Assembly (NCBI RefSeq): GCF_964355755.1
Contig: NC_092672.1
Coordinates: 14,880,001-14,944,000, forward strand
Origin: Antedon mediterranea
Lineage: Eukaryota; Animalia; Echinodermata
Direction of reading: 5' to 3'
Length of the DNA: 64,000 bases
Translations under genes and position numbers: made by a program
Part shown: positions 38,101 to 50,431 of the stretch, piece after piece
How the letters are laid out: each line of letters starts with the position of its first letter
How positions within the stretch are numbered: position 1 is the first letter of the stretch
Notes under the pieces: generated by a model
What the model saw: only the letters and a program-made list of their open reading frames with translations
Told to the model about the DNA's origin: nothing
Database searches by the model: none

Positions 38101-38529
38101 GTTTGAAAATTAATTACAGGAATATTATTCAGTGATTTTGTGTAGTTAAATTCACGATTTATCCAACATATACAACATTTATGATGCACCTTGTAACAAA
38201 AGCACTCGGCAGTCGCCATTTCGCTATGCTTCAACACGCAATATAGCTGTGTTCGGTTTGTTTACAAATCTATACCCACTATTTCTGATTGGTCGCGAGC
38301 GCGAAACGTGTCTATTGTTTTACTTTTTTTCAGATTGAAATGAATTTAGACAATATTAAATTATATAAGATATAGGCCCTAGGCGCTATTACTGCAGTTT
38401 CGCACCACACCTCACCTAAACTTTCCTTTTTCACACTCACAACATAATATTATGTAACATGTTTAAATACGATTTGACTACTTACGAAGTAAAGGCCGTT
38501 TCAGTCGGCGGCCGTTTCGGTCACACGCC
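35148..38529. mobile_element. Mutator-like non-autonomous element with 8-bp TSD
   Basis: TIR CCGAAACGGCCGCCGACTGAAACGGCC (35161-35187 / 38494-38520); TSD GGCTAGGC at 35140-35147 and 38530-38537. Confidence 0.8.
35274..38317 (-). mobile_element. Nested TIR element (ISL2EU-like) with a remnant protein-coding exon
   Basis: Perfect TIR CAATAGACACGTTTCGCGCTCGCGA; minus-strand ORF remnant KSWKFFKERYVHDV ... HIIHGRCNRNMKKNE. Confidence 0.6.
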
Positions 38530-38964
38530 GGCTAGGCTATTCTCTAAGGCCTAGGCCTCTAATAGTAGCCTCCTGAGTCCTAGGGCCTAACTAGCCTAGG
38601 CTAGGCTAGGCTTAAGTATTATTATTATTACTAATATAGGCCGGCCTGGGTCAGGCTGTTGTACGTTGTGACTCTCCTGTCATCAGTGTAGTGTGGTGGG
38701 GGAACGAACGGGTGCTAGAACCCATACCCAAACGGCGCTAATGAAATGCAGTTTCGTACCGAATTCGATCCAACTCGGCCCTAAACCATCTCGGCCAAAG
38801 TCAAGTCGACCCCACGTCAAGTCGGCCCCAAGTCAAGTCGGCCCCACGTCAACTCGGCTCAAGTCAACTCGGCCTCAAGTCAACTGGGCCTCACGTCAAC
38901 TCGGCCAAAAACTAATCCGTCAACTCGGCCTCTAAAAACTATGGAACGCAAAAAGTGCTAATAT

Positions 38965-39990
38965 AGTAACTCACCGTACACCACTCTAAATGAGTGGTGC
39001 AAGAGGCTGGTGAGCCAGTCGTGGCCCTCTATATTAGCCTCCCTCGTCTTCTGAAATTGTCTTTTAAATAGTATGGTTGTTTCAACTTCTACTGTACTGG
39101 CAGGGAGAGCATTCCATGAATTTACGACTCGGGTAAAAAAATGACTACGGCAATTTAATCTAGCATTATTCTTTTTCAATTTATGTTTATGACCCCTAGT
39201 GGTGGTATATTCAGACTTTTTAAAAAGTAAATCACTATCAATAGCCTCTTTGTTAGAAAGAAAATTGTATGTTTGAATCATGTCCCCTCTATGTCGTCTT
39301 TCTTCTAAGGTTGTTAAATTAAAAACTTTTAACCTATCTGCATAGGGCATGCCATGCAAACTAGGTGGTAGCCTAGTTGCTCTCCTCTGAACTTTTTCTA
39401 ATAATGAATGTCTTTCCTTAGTTGAGGAGACCATGCCTGGACTGAAAATTCGAGATGAGGCCTGACTAATCCAATATAAAGCGATTTAATCATATCAACT
39501 GATTTATATTTAATGGATCTTTTAATAGTACCTAAAACTCGATTTGCTGTTTTGGCTGCTGCTACACATTGTTTACTAGTCTTAAGAGATTTATCAATAA
39601 TCACTCCCAAGTCTTTTTGTTCTGTTACTTCATCTAGGATAACCCCATCAAGTTCATAAGAATGATTCGGATTATTAAATCCTAGGTGCATGACATTGCA
39701 TTTACTACTATTAAAGCTCATTAGGGATTCACGACACCAAAGTGATAACTTGTCAATATCATTTTGTAGTACTCCAGGATCGACCTCGGAATGCACACTT
39801 CCAAACAATTTAATGTCATCAGCAAATTTCAACAATGAAGAATCAATGGAAAAATCTATGTCATCAATAAAAATGAGAAAAAGCACCGGTCCGAGGACCG
39901 AACCCTGAGGCACACCACTATGAACAGGGGCCCACTCAGATTTCCTACCATTCACAACAACCCTTTGAAATCTATCACTAAGCCAATTTT
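38965..39990 (-). mobile_element. CR1 LINE 3' fragment inserted in the foldback's left TIR
   Basis: SGVPQGSVLGP, KFADD, KDLGV, LVRPHLEF, LEKVQRRATR. Confidence 0.9.
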
Positions 39991-40596
39991 GTGTCTCAGC
40001 CTTGGCTAATTAGTAGTTAATATTATAATGGCAGGATATAGTACGGTTAGGCCTACATAATAGACGAAATAAAACGGAAAATTCAATATAAATTGTAACA
40101 CACTGGTCCTGATCGTTTTTTGTTTTGATAAGTAGTAGGCTATTTATTTATATTGTTTGAAATAAATAAATATTTCTTCACATTTTGTATACAGGAATAA
40201 CTGTCGAAGAAGACAACTGTCTACAACTCTATATACCTCAATATAAAAAGAATAAAATAACATTAAAATCATAACAAATCAATAGGCAAGAATACAAATT
40301 GCATAAGCATTATGGGGATAGGTTACATGCACACACACCCAGATATGAATGTGCATTATTTTCAAATAGGCCTTACCGTTTTTTTTGTATGAAATTGTTA
40401 TTTTCATTTCGTTTCTACTTCATAATTATTCATAATTAATACAGTACACCATGGGAAGAAAGAAATTTGCTTCCATGACAGTCCATGTTGTTATTTCTCT
40501 TAATTTTAAGGTATTGTTCTTTTTCAAACAAAGTATCACATGATGACTGACGTTTGTATATAACTGTTATTTGGCTACTGTATATTCTCATGACTA

Positions 40597-40986
40597 AAGG
40601 GGCATTCACATCTGTTCCGTTTCACGGAACGTAAAACGGCACCGTTTTGTTCGAAAAGCGTTAAAACAATAGCAGCGTTTACACCAAATCTGTTCCGTGA
40701 AAAATGAACGGCCGGTGAAAAACAACGGAACGGACAGATCGCTCATAACTTGATAGAAACGGAACGGAAACGAAACACGGTCTAATTTGACCAATCATAA
40801 CTCGTTTCGTAGTTTATTATGTCAAGGGTCATGAAGTTAAAAAAGTGCGGCGGGAATTGGAGAGACATCTGATCGAATGAGTGTGAATGCTTAAAACGGA
40901 ACGGTGAACGGGCGCGTGTCGCGTTGAAAAAAACGGCGCCGTCTTCCGTTCCGCGAAACGGAACAAGTACGGTGGGAATGCCCCTT
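40597..40986. mobile_element. MITE (PIF/Harbinger-like termini)
   Basis: AAGGGGCATTCAC...TGTTCCGTTTC mirrored by GAAACGGAACA...GAATGCCCCTT; flanked by TA. Confidence 0.7.
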
Positions 40987-41202
40987 TAGGTGATCACTTT
41001 CATTGAACAATATCAGGGCGCGGTGGGTGTTAAAAAAAACAGATAAGAATGCTACTTAGGCAATATTATGTTGTTTAGGAATTCCGTTGTTTTGGACTCA
41101 AACAATATATGTTTTAGTTTTTGCTTGACAAAATAAAAATACGCCATTTTTTCATGATGATTTCTTCAGTGTGTTTTAGATTAATTTCCCATACATGTAT
41201 TC

Positions 41203-42012
41203 TACCCTTTTTACACTATCGACGGAGAGAGGAACACGAGTTGAACTCGGAGGCAATTTCCATTTACACTAGCCAAAAATATTTTTCTTTTTAAAATGAC
41301 TGCATTTCCGCCTTGTAGACTGTACGTACATTAAATAGGCCCTAAATTGTTAGGTTGCCGTAAAAATAGGGTAGGTACGGTAAGTATTTAAAATAAAAAA
41401 TGTATTTGTTAGTTAATTAGCATAACAATGTATCAATGAAGGAAAATTATTATATGGTACTTTTTCAGTTCCTAAAAAAGATATCATTTTCATCCATTGA
41501 GACGTCAGTATTATATATATTTTTCCCTTTTTCAATAATTAGGCCTACATAGAATCGGCCAGGGTAGAGTTACACCAATATTACATTATTTTAGGCTTTC
41601 TGGTAAGGTAGAATGCACACGAACATTTCAATATTTTCAGCAGAAAAGAATGAGTCATAAATTTGTTTGTGCCTTTAAAAGAAAATAACGAACAGCACAA
41701 CATATCGTACAATTGTTTTAAGCAAAAAAAACTATTTTGTTTGCATAATATATTGTATTTCTGTGACAACATGTTAAATTTTCACGTCAATGACCTTTAA
41801 CAGCTCGGTGTTGAACCACAAAAACTTCGTGTCTCTGAGAAGGTACACCGGAAAACATTCAGCTTCATTTCACCCCGGGAAGAGCACACCGGGGTGGTTG
41901 GATTTTCCCATTTACACCAGTCAATAAAAACCACAACACCGGAGTTTAACGGCCCGGTGTACTAACAACTGCGGGGTTACACCGCTGTTACGGTGATAGT
42001 GTAAAAGGGGTA
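41203..42012. mobile_element. MITE
   Basis: TIR TACCCTTTTTACACTATC / GATAGTGTAAAAGGGGTA. Confidence 0.65.
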
Positions 42013-42345
42013 TTCATTGGATTCTCCATTATTTTATAATCAAATCACAAAAGTAATAAAAACAATTTGAATAGCGCACAATTGCAATAGAACATTAACA
42101 TGACAGAACATTCCGAATTTGTTTCCATAATCTCTTCGGTAGTTTGATTGACATTGTCATTGTACCCCCGAAAAAATAAATGTGTGAAAGATATTGTTAC
42201 TGTAATATACCGTTTTAATGTCACAATTATATAGTTATTCACTTTGACCGTAACATATTGCTAATAATTTGAGAGAAAATATATACAAAAAAAACCCCAT
42301 TTTTATTTTACTGTATTATTAATCTAATAATATCTATATAATATA

Positions 42346-42849
42346 CAGTAGAACCTCCATTTTACGTACGGTACGGGACCGAAAGACGTACGTAAAACAA
42401 GGGATTCGTAAAATCAAGGTTGACCTTAAATTGACCCCAAATACGTAGAGATCGTAGCTAGCCGTGTTTGCCTACTTCTGTACAGTATGCAGGTGGTCAC
42501 TAGCTAGGCCTTGCCTAGACTATTCAGGCCAAGCTAGCAGGCCTAGCAAGATGTGAGGCCTAACTAGAAAAGTACAGTATACAGGCTGTGCGATGTTTAA
42601 AATAAAGTGTAAAATATAATTGTTTTCTATCAATATTAAAAACAGTCGCTGCTTTAGGGGGAATGCACGTGCGTAGCTTGTCCCACACACAGCAGAATTC
42701 CTCACACAGCCATGATTGTGGCTTTGTGTGCTTTGTTGTTGTTAAATTGCGCCCTCAATGTAAGAAAATGATGACGTCATCGGTTATTTTAAGCGTACGT
42801 AAAATCGAGGGAACGTAAAATCAGGGTACGTAAAACACAGGTTCTACTG
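42346..42849. mobile_element. Tc1/pogo-like MITE
   Basis: TA|CAGTAGAACCT...AGGTTCTACTG|TA. Confidence 0.8.
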
Positions 42850-43323
42850 TATAGGCCTAGCCTTCTAAAAATATTTCGATGGGAACATCCTTGTATCAAA
42901 AAATAGATCTAACAAACACATTACTGAGGGTTCTTACTGAGACTAACCAACCAACAATATAAATAAATACTAAAAAACGATCAGGCCCAGTGGGTTATAA
43001 TTTACATTGAAATTTCCGTTTTATTTCGTCTATTATGTAGGCCTACTATTACTACTATATTTTAGCACTTTTTGTGTTCCATACTTTTTAGAGGCCGAGT
43101 TGACGGATTAGTTTTTGGCCGAGTTGACTTGAGGCCGAGTTGACGTGAGGCCGAGTTGACGTGAGGCCGAGTTGACTTGAGGCCGACTTGACTTGGGGCC
43201 GACTTGACTTTGGCCGAGACGGTTTAGGGCCGAGTTGACCTGCGCCCTTCGTACCCACCCCTTAAAATTACTCGAAATGTTTTCAATACTTCATCTAGGC
43301 CTAGGGCCTTAACCTAGTTAGGC

Positions 43324-44669
43324 AATGTCAGATGAAATCGGTTGCGCTTGAAATCGGTCGCGATAAAATCAACATCCGGTATATTGTATGGAGTGCCATT
43401 AGATATGCTTTTTATCATATAGTTACGTTTGATATCGGTCGTGTTTTATTTTGGTCGCGCTAATTTGTAAGGGTATGTATGGTAACACATTTTAGCAGTA
43501 TAAATTACGAACGATATACAAAATACACGAACGGAAAATATGGATACGCATCATTGCGCACGGAGCTGTATCCCGGACAATGTTGCCAGGCCAACTTCGG
43601 TATTGCCAGAAAAAAAACGTTGATTTTAAGATATTAAATCGTCATTTACTCGCTGAATAACCGTTTATACGGTAATAATTTTATCTAAAAAAATTCTAAA
43701 TACGTTTCTGCAAATGCACAAGCATTTTTTAGAAAATACTTCATAGATTTCAAGAGTTATAGCCAAAAAACTGCAAATTGTCCATTGGAGGGATAGGAAT
43801 ATATTCGCAAAGTGACGTCACCCGCAAATTTTTTTGATTTTCAAATGGGGCTTTCCCCAAAAGGGCCAATTTATATTTTGTAACAATATACATTCTAGCA
43901 ACACCTAATAGCCCCCAAAACATCATTCTAAAATGAAAAAAATCGAAAATCCATTTCAGGTCCATTTTAACCATGGAACTATGTTTCACAAAATCACGTG
44001 TAGGAGGCCCATAGATGTTTCAAATGTATGGTTTTTAGTAATAGGGCTATACGTCATTTTACCTAGCCATGGGAAACAATCGTACGTGTTTTGTCCATGA
44101 TTTGAAACACTAGTGCATGTTTTTTTTAAAGGGGAATCCCGTCAGCGAAATAACGTACAGTTAACGGCTGCACGATAATAGAAGGCGCATCTGATATGGC
44201 TTATTTGGGGGTTTATTTCAGTAACTCGCCTACGAAATTGTTTTCATAATAAAAGACACAGACATATATTCTCTATATAATATATTAATTACAATACATA
44301 ATAAAATTATTATATGCATATTATTCTGAACGTGTTTAGAAATGCCATTTTGAAAAGATACAGATCCTCCGAGACCTGTGAAATGAAAAAAAATAATGAT
44401 TGATAATAAATATTTATTAACCAAATAAAAAATATCCACATAAATATTCTAGTTCCTAAAAAATATCAATTAAATCTATTTAAACGAAGAAAATGTATAT
44501 CCCGCTAGCATGCATCTCGCTCCATACAAAATAGCGCGATTTCAAACGCGACCGATTTCAAACGCGACAGATATCATCAAACGTATAGCTCTAGCGGCGC
44601 GCCATACAAAATACCGGAAGTTGATTTTATCACGACCGATTTCAGACGCTACCGGTTTCATCGTAAACC
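43324..44669. mobile_element. Mutator-like MITE with 8-bp TSD
   Basis: TSD AGTTAGGC at 43316-43323 and 44670-44677; ~60-bp TIR GATGAAATCGGTTGCGCTTGAAATCGGTCGCGATAAAATCAAC. Confidence 0.8.
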
Positions 44670-45199
44670 AGTTAGGCTAGGCTACTCACGAGTTGTCTAC
44701 AACATTCTGCAAGCATAAAATTGTAAAATATCGATAATTTTTTATTTATAAATATTTTTAATCAATTAATAATTGAGCACCCTTCAGAAATCCATCGGCA
44801 GCTTAGCTTCGCGAAAATCATCGCCAGGCATGCCGAAAAAGTATGGAGGTATCATAGGGCATCGATCTATAGAGGACGCTGTTAGGTATAACAAATATTT
44901 TTTACATGTTCCTCATGAAACGAATTTTAAGTCTTTTCATAAAGAAATATTTTGTGTTTAATTACGCTGTTAATTTTTAGAAATTCTTTTTATTTTACCT
45001 TGAATTTACCTTGAATCTTCGAGACTTAGAGAACTGTGCTTATTTGTCCCTCAAACATTACAGCATCCTCTTCCAACTTATGCGGGCAGAACTTTAAATG
45101 GTGGCCAGACCAGAACTTCCCAATACCCGCTATGAACTTATTGAAAGAAGGGAGTTCCAATCATTCACGACGCGAGAAGCAAAGGACTTCTTCCTTACA

Positions 45200-45900
45200 A
45201 TCAAATTTGTTTTAGATTTATATACTTTGAATGGAAGGCCTCTAGTCCTAGAATATTCAGATCTCTTACTGTAAATAATCTATCAGGATCCAAAGAATAA
45301 TACCATGAAAAATCTTATAGAATCTGAATAACATCTGCTCTTTTTTTCCTGAATAATAATGTGAGTAAATTTAAAGTCCTCAGCCTAGTATCTACATAAT
45401 CTTTATCTTTCAAATCCTTAATCAATTTATTTTAGTCCTTCTCTGCTGAACTTTCTCTAGTAATCTGAGTCTTATATCTAGGGCCGGTTCCAAACACAGC
45501 TACCATATTCCATTAACCGGTCGAATCATAGACTTAGATAAACGTATATCCTGCACTATCAAGATTTTTAAATGATCTTTTAATCAGACTCAATCTTCTA
45601 TTTTAGCTGCTCTCGCAACTTTAACAGAATGAGCTGAGAAATCCAGTTTCCGATCAAACTAAATACCAAGGTCCGATTCTACATTAACCTCTGCAATTTC
45701 AACTCCTCCTATATAATATTTAAACATATTATTCCCTCGACCGAAATGCATTATTTTGCATTTAGATAAATTAAAGGGTAATTGTCAATCCAGTGACCAC
45801 TTGTATAAAATATCTACATTCTGCTAAAGAGTATCTCTATCCAACTCATTACTTACTACTCTATATAGCTTGGTATCGTCTGCAAACAATTTAATATATT
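45200..45900 (-). mobile_element. Degraded CR1 LINE 3' fragment
   Basis: IKLFADDTKLY, FNLSKCKIMHFG, DLGI; many stops. Confidence 0.75.
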
Positions 45901-46942
45901 ATATATTTTAAGTGTTGTGTGTTATTGTCTTGTCAAATTATATTTTTGTGAGGGTCCCTAATGATCAGCTTCGCTGGACGGATCATCCTCGAGTCGTAAA
46001 ATATTGTTAAAAATAAATAATGAATAGTTGATTCATTATTTAATGTTATATTTTTATGGAAAGAAGATAAAAAAGAAGAAATGAAAGACATGAAATGATG
46101 TATTCAGTGTCAGCAGAAGTAAAATAAATTCTAGTAATTGATGGAAAACATTTTTATTATAATTATCATTGTATTACTGTACATTACATTTCAATAAATC
46201 ATATCTTTCTGTTTTGTTGCATTTCTTATTTCCATGGGTGAATAAAAAATGTTAATATATACTTCTATAAAATCAGGGAAACCATTGGCGTTTTAACATT
46301 ACTAAAACAATTAATTTGTCATAAGCTTGTTTATTGTGTTATAACATTGTAGCTTATGACTGAAGGAAGTACTGCCATTCTTTTAATTTCATTTATTTAT
46401 TTGACCTACAAACCATAATGTAAAATAAACTGAAACAGAGAAAAATTGGTCAGTACTTATATCAGTCTTCAAGAGTCAGCAGTTCTATATTTATCTTCTT
46501 TTCTGTGTGAAATTCTACTATTAAAATGAAAGAAGAACAAGAACAAATTAAAAACATAACATATGGTGATACCCACAATGATGAATACAGCAATTGTATA
46601 TTATTTCTTTATTAAAAATACAAAACTCATGTCGGAATGCAAATTATTATTTAGTACGTGCTTTAAACATTAAGTTCTACGCCTTTTATTGAACGCAACA
46701 GTTTACTCTATCAAGAGTTAATGCCCTATGAGGCCTCCATACTTTATCGGCAGGCCTAGCGATGATTTTCGTGAATCTAAGCTGGCGATGTATTTCTGTA
46801 GGGTGCTCAATATTAATTGATTAGAATTAATTATAAATTTTAAAAAATATCGATTTTTTACAATTTTATGATTGCAGGATGTTGTAGACAACTCGTGAGT
46901 AGGTTGGATGAAGATTTTGAGTAATTTTAAGGGGTGGGTACG

Positions 46943-47766
46943 AAACTGCATTAGCCCCCCTAAACCAACCCGTACACATGCTAACCCGCATGTAATGCAA
47001 AGTCGTACACATGCTAACCCGTACACATGCTAAACTGCATTAGCGCCCCTAAACCAACCCGTACACATGCTAACCCGCATGTAATGCAAAGTCGTACACA
47101 TGCTAACCCGTACACATGCTAAACTGCATTAGCGCCCCTAAACCAACCCGTACACATGCTAACCCGCATGTAATGCAAAGTCGTACACATGCTAACCCGT
47201 ACACAAGCTAAACTGCATTAGCGCCCCTAAACCAACCCGTACACATGCTAACCCGCATGTAATGCAAAGTCGTACACATGCTAACCCGTACACATGCTAA
47301 ACTGCATTAGCGCCCCTAAACCAACCCGTACACATGCTAACCCGTACACATGCTAAACTGCATTAGCGCCCCTAAACCAACCCGTACACATGCTAACCCG
47401 CATGTAATGCAAAGTCGTACACATGCTAACCCGTACACATGCTAAACTGCATTAGCGCCCCTAAACCAACCCGTACACATGCTAACCCGCATGTAATGCA
47501 AAGTCGTACACATGCTAACCCGTACACATGCTAAACTGCATTAGCGCCCCTAAACCAACCCGTACACATGCTAACCCGTACACATGCTAAACTGCATTAG
47601 CGCCCCTAAACCAACCCGTACACATGCTAACCCGTACACATGCTAAACTGCATTAGCGCCCCTAAACCAACCCGTACACATGCTAACCCGTACACATGCT
47701 AAACTGCATTAGCGCCCCTAAACCAACCCGTACACATGCTAACCCGCATGTAATGCAAAGTCGTAC
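46943..47766. repeat. Homogeneous minisatellite of mixed 89-bp and 56-bp units
   Basis: Unit starts at 46943, 47032, 47121, 47210, 47299, 47355, 47444, 47533, 47589, 47645, 47701; internal 17-mer CGTACACATGCTAACCC. Confidence 0.95.
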
Positions 47767-47819
47767 CTAATTATTTGGCTTATAGTTGACGTTGTACCAG
47801 GGAAGAGTTAAATTACCGC

Positions 47820-48790
47820 CGTGGGTGGCTAAATTCGGTACCGTATCCTAACTTCCGTCTGCTAAAGGTATGGTAAAATTGTATTACGTCATAATCAGCC
47901 AATGGGGTGCTGGTACGTGTGTTGTCATCGATAAGGACTTTTTTCATATCTCGTCTGTAGAGAATGCCTATCAGCAGCGCCAGGTTGTGATGTGTGAGCT
48001 GATTCTGTGACTTCAATCCAGAAGTTTGATAACGGGAGACAACATTGATTCTGTAGACTTAATAAAGCAAGTTCATGTGGTTGGTGGACGTTACAAAACA
48101 TGCACTCAATCTCAAATATTATTTCATTCATTATACATCATATAGTAGTAGTATTATAATTAAATCCGATATGTTGATAGCCAAATTAGAAAAACTACAA
48201 AGAAATTATAATTCAATGTTGAAAATTGTGTTGCGTCTAGTTCATTTGTCCATAGTTACTATTAATAAGGAGTTTTATTTTTATTCCAAATGGCCTATTT
48301 AGGCCTATATTTTTTTTTATTAAACTTTGTTTACAGATGGTGACCATAAACAACAAGCAAATGCGGACATTAAATATATTAAATACTATGATTTAGCCCC
48401 AGGGCTGGGTCACAGAAATCAGTGCACACATGCAGCTGGCCACAGCCTAGCACCGCTTTCCCTACACAAACAAACTCATATAATGAGGCTATAGGTTATA
48501 TGTAGTGCGTAGTAGGCCTCTTTTGAAACGGTTTTCTGTATTTGGCTTTTCAATAATAGCAGACGTAGGCTACATTTAGTTTTTGTCAAACACGAAGTAG
48601 CGATAAATAAAGCATAAAGAAAATGTTAAGCGGTTGATCACTGATTCGCGATAAAAACCAATCCAAAGTCCTTATACAATGACGTCAAACACGTACCAGC
48701 ACCTCATTGGCCGATTATGAAGTAATGCAATTTTACCGTACCTTTTGCAAACGGAAGTTAGGATACACTACCATATCTTTAGCCACGGCT
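47820..48790. mobile_element. MITE with ~110-bp TIRs
   Basis: GTATCCTAACTTCCGTCTGCTAAAGGTATGGTAAAATTG mirrored at 48690-48790; related fragment at 50545-50620. Confidence 0.75.
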
Positions 48791-48962
48791 AAAAAAACGG
48801 CTGAAAAAGTATCACTATCAGTAGAGTAAAGTTTAAATATGTATGCAATACAACTTCTATATTTTTGTAAATGCAATAATTTTAGCCTTTGGCTACGTTT
48901 TGTGTTTATACCAGAATAAAATAAATTAACTACATTCATATGCTTTTAATTGTTTTTTAAAG

Positions 48963-49032
48963 TATAATCAGCCATTCCCAGATGATGATGAAATTGACCT
49001 GAATACACTCGATGTTACGGTAGGTAACAAAG
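48963..49032 (+). CDS. Candidate Scm3/HJURP-family protein, exon 2 (YNQPFPDDDEIDLNTLDVTVGNK)
   Basis: T-rich acceptor with AG at 48961-48962; donor AAG|GTGAGT at 49033; 70 nt, phase 0 to 1. Confidence 0.8.
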
Positions 49033-50065
49033 GTGAGTGCTAACTAATTTACCATATTTATTCGAATAAACACTTTCATCAAATAAACGCCCTGCCACAT
49101 GCATAGTATACACAATATTGTATTTTATATAACACCTAAATAAATTGCTGTCATTTGATTGGACGATTGAGGGTCACATGGCGTGCAATAGTACTTTTTG
49201 AAACATTTTTGTGTACGAAAAAAAAAAAAAGTTTCGTGGATGAGAATAATTACCTAAATTTTAGATATACAGTACTGTAATATGGCTCTGTACTGTGAAA
49301 TACAACAACGGCACCTGTCGCCTGGTGGCCTCAATTTCCTTTCTCTTTTAAACATTTTTATTTTGTGTACGAAAAAAAAAAACGTTTCGCAGATGAAAAA
49401 AAATCTAGTACTATATACAAATTAAATGTTAGATATACTGCAGCTGTAATGGCTCTGTGCTGTGAAATACAACAGCGCCACCTGTCGTCTGGTATCTTGT
49501 ACCGCGGGCAGCTTTAGATTGTTTTTAGGATTTTGGTTAATTAATGGGGACATCCCTACAAGACGTGGAATTGTTGGAAAAACCATAATTAGCCTAGATA
49601 AGTTCCAATTGTCTGTCGAAGTTTTGCCTTTCAGCCAAGCTAGTACTAGGCTATTACTAGGTTGGTCGTTTGTTGACATAATTAACACAAAAGTAGTGTA
49701 GTACTAGTAGTGTTTATAAAATCCATATAAATATAACATTTAATATAAAATTATTAAAAACGAAATGTTTTTAATCAATGTGAATGAAATGTAGGCCTTG
49801 GCTAGGGCTACCTTATTTGATTTAAATGACAGGAATTTATTTAGATGTTATATAAAATAAATAATGAATGTTTTGTATTCGTGTAATGGTACAAATAATG
49901 GCACTTAGTGAATGATGAAAGGTTATATTATATAACCTTTCATCATTCACCATTTCTATTTATCATCCTTCATCATTTCTATTTTAGAATCCATTGATTG
50001 ACATGATCTACAATCTAATTATGTTATATTTGTTCACATCTACTAGGGAGTAATTATTATAACAT

Positions 50066-50431
50066 TTTTATTTTTATTTTATTTTTTTATTTTTATTTTA
50101 TTCAATCGAAACCAACAGCGATAATTACCGCCACTAACAGGTTTGATACAAACAAAGCCAGGAGAGTTTAAAGCACCTTGATTGGTCCTGACATTGATCA
50201 AGGGCTTCTCTCGTCCAGTGCCCACCTTGACCAGAGGTCTGAGGCAGATACTAGATGCAGGGGCTGCCATAAGAGTCAGCAGTGCTGATTTCAAATGCCT
50301 AACGGGACCCCAGCTCCGTATACAGCACCCGCTATTCCCAGATGGTCTCCCATCCAAGCTCTAACCAGGCCCAACGTTGCTTAACTTCGGTGATCTGACG
50401 AGAACCGGTGTTTCAACGTGGTAAAGCCGTA
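50066..50431 (-). mobile_element. 5S rRNA-derived SINE (SINE3-type)
   Basis: 5S-like head at 50321-50431 (GATCACCGAAGTTAAGC...GCTTGGATGGGAGACC), ~220-bp unrelated body, A-rich (TAAAA)n tail. Confidence 0.8.

Larger units (their letters stand above)
38761..43247. mobile_element. Mutator-like foldback with GTCAACTCGGCC subrepeats and 8-bp TSD
   Basis: TSD TTCGTACC at 38753-38760 and 43248-43255; the empty site is visible in the host right TIR; long TIRs of ~300 bp. Confidence 0.85.
38734..46958. mobile_element. Long-TIR host element whose left TIR is split by two insertions
   Basis: Left TIR pieces 38734-38760, 43256-43323 and 44678-44865 together mirror 46718-46958; ORFs 44773 (+) and 46718 (-) translate to near-identical peptides. 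Confidence 0.8.

Noticed and set aside
46943-47766. Array as a CRISPR locus
   Set aside because: No unique spacers, no cas genes, eukaryotic intronic context; it is a pure tandem repeat
49120-49950. Crypton-like non-autonomous element
   Set aside because: An inverted repeat (49120-49160 / 49825-49860) and a hairpin at 49908-49950 are visible, but boundaries and family could not be supported
50321-50431. Functional 5S rRNA gene
   Set aside because: Terminal stem is eroded, there are several substitutions, no T-run terminator, and it is fused to a body and A-rich tail
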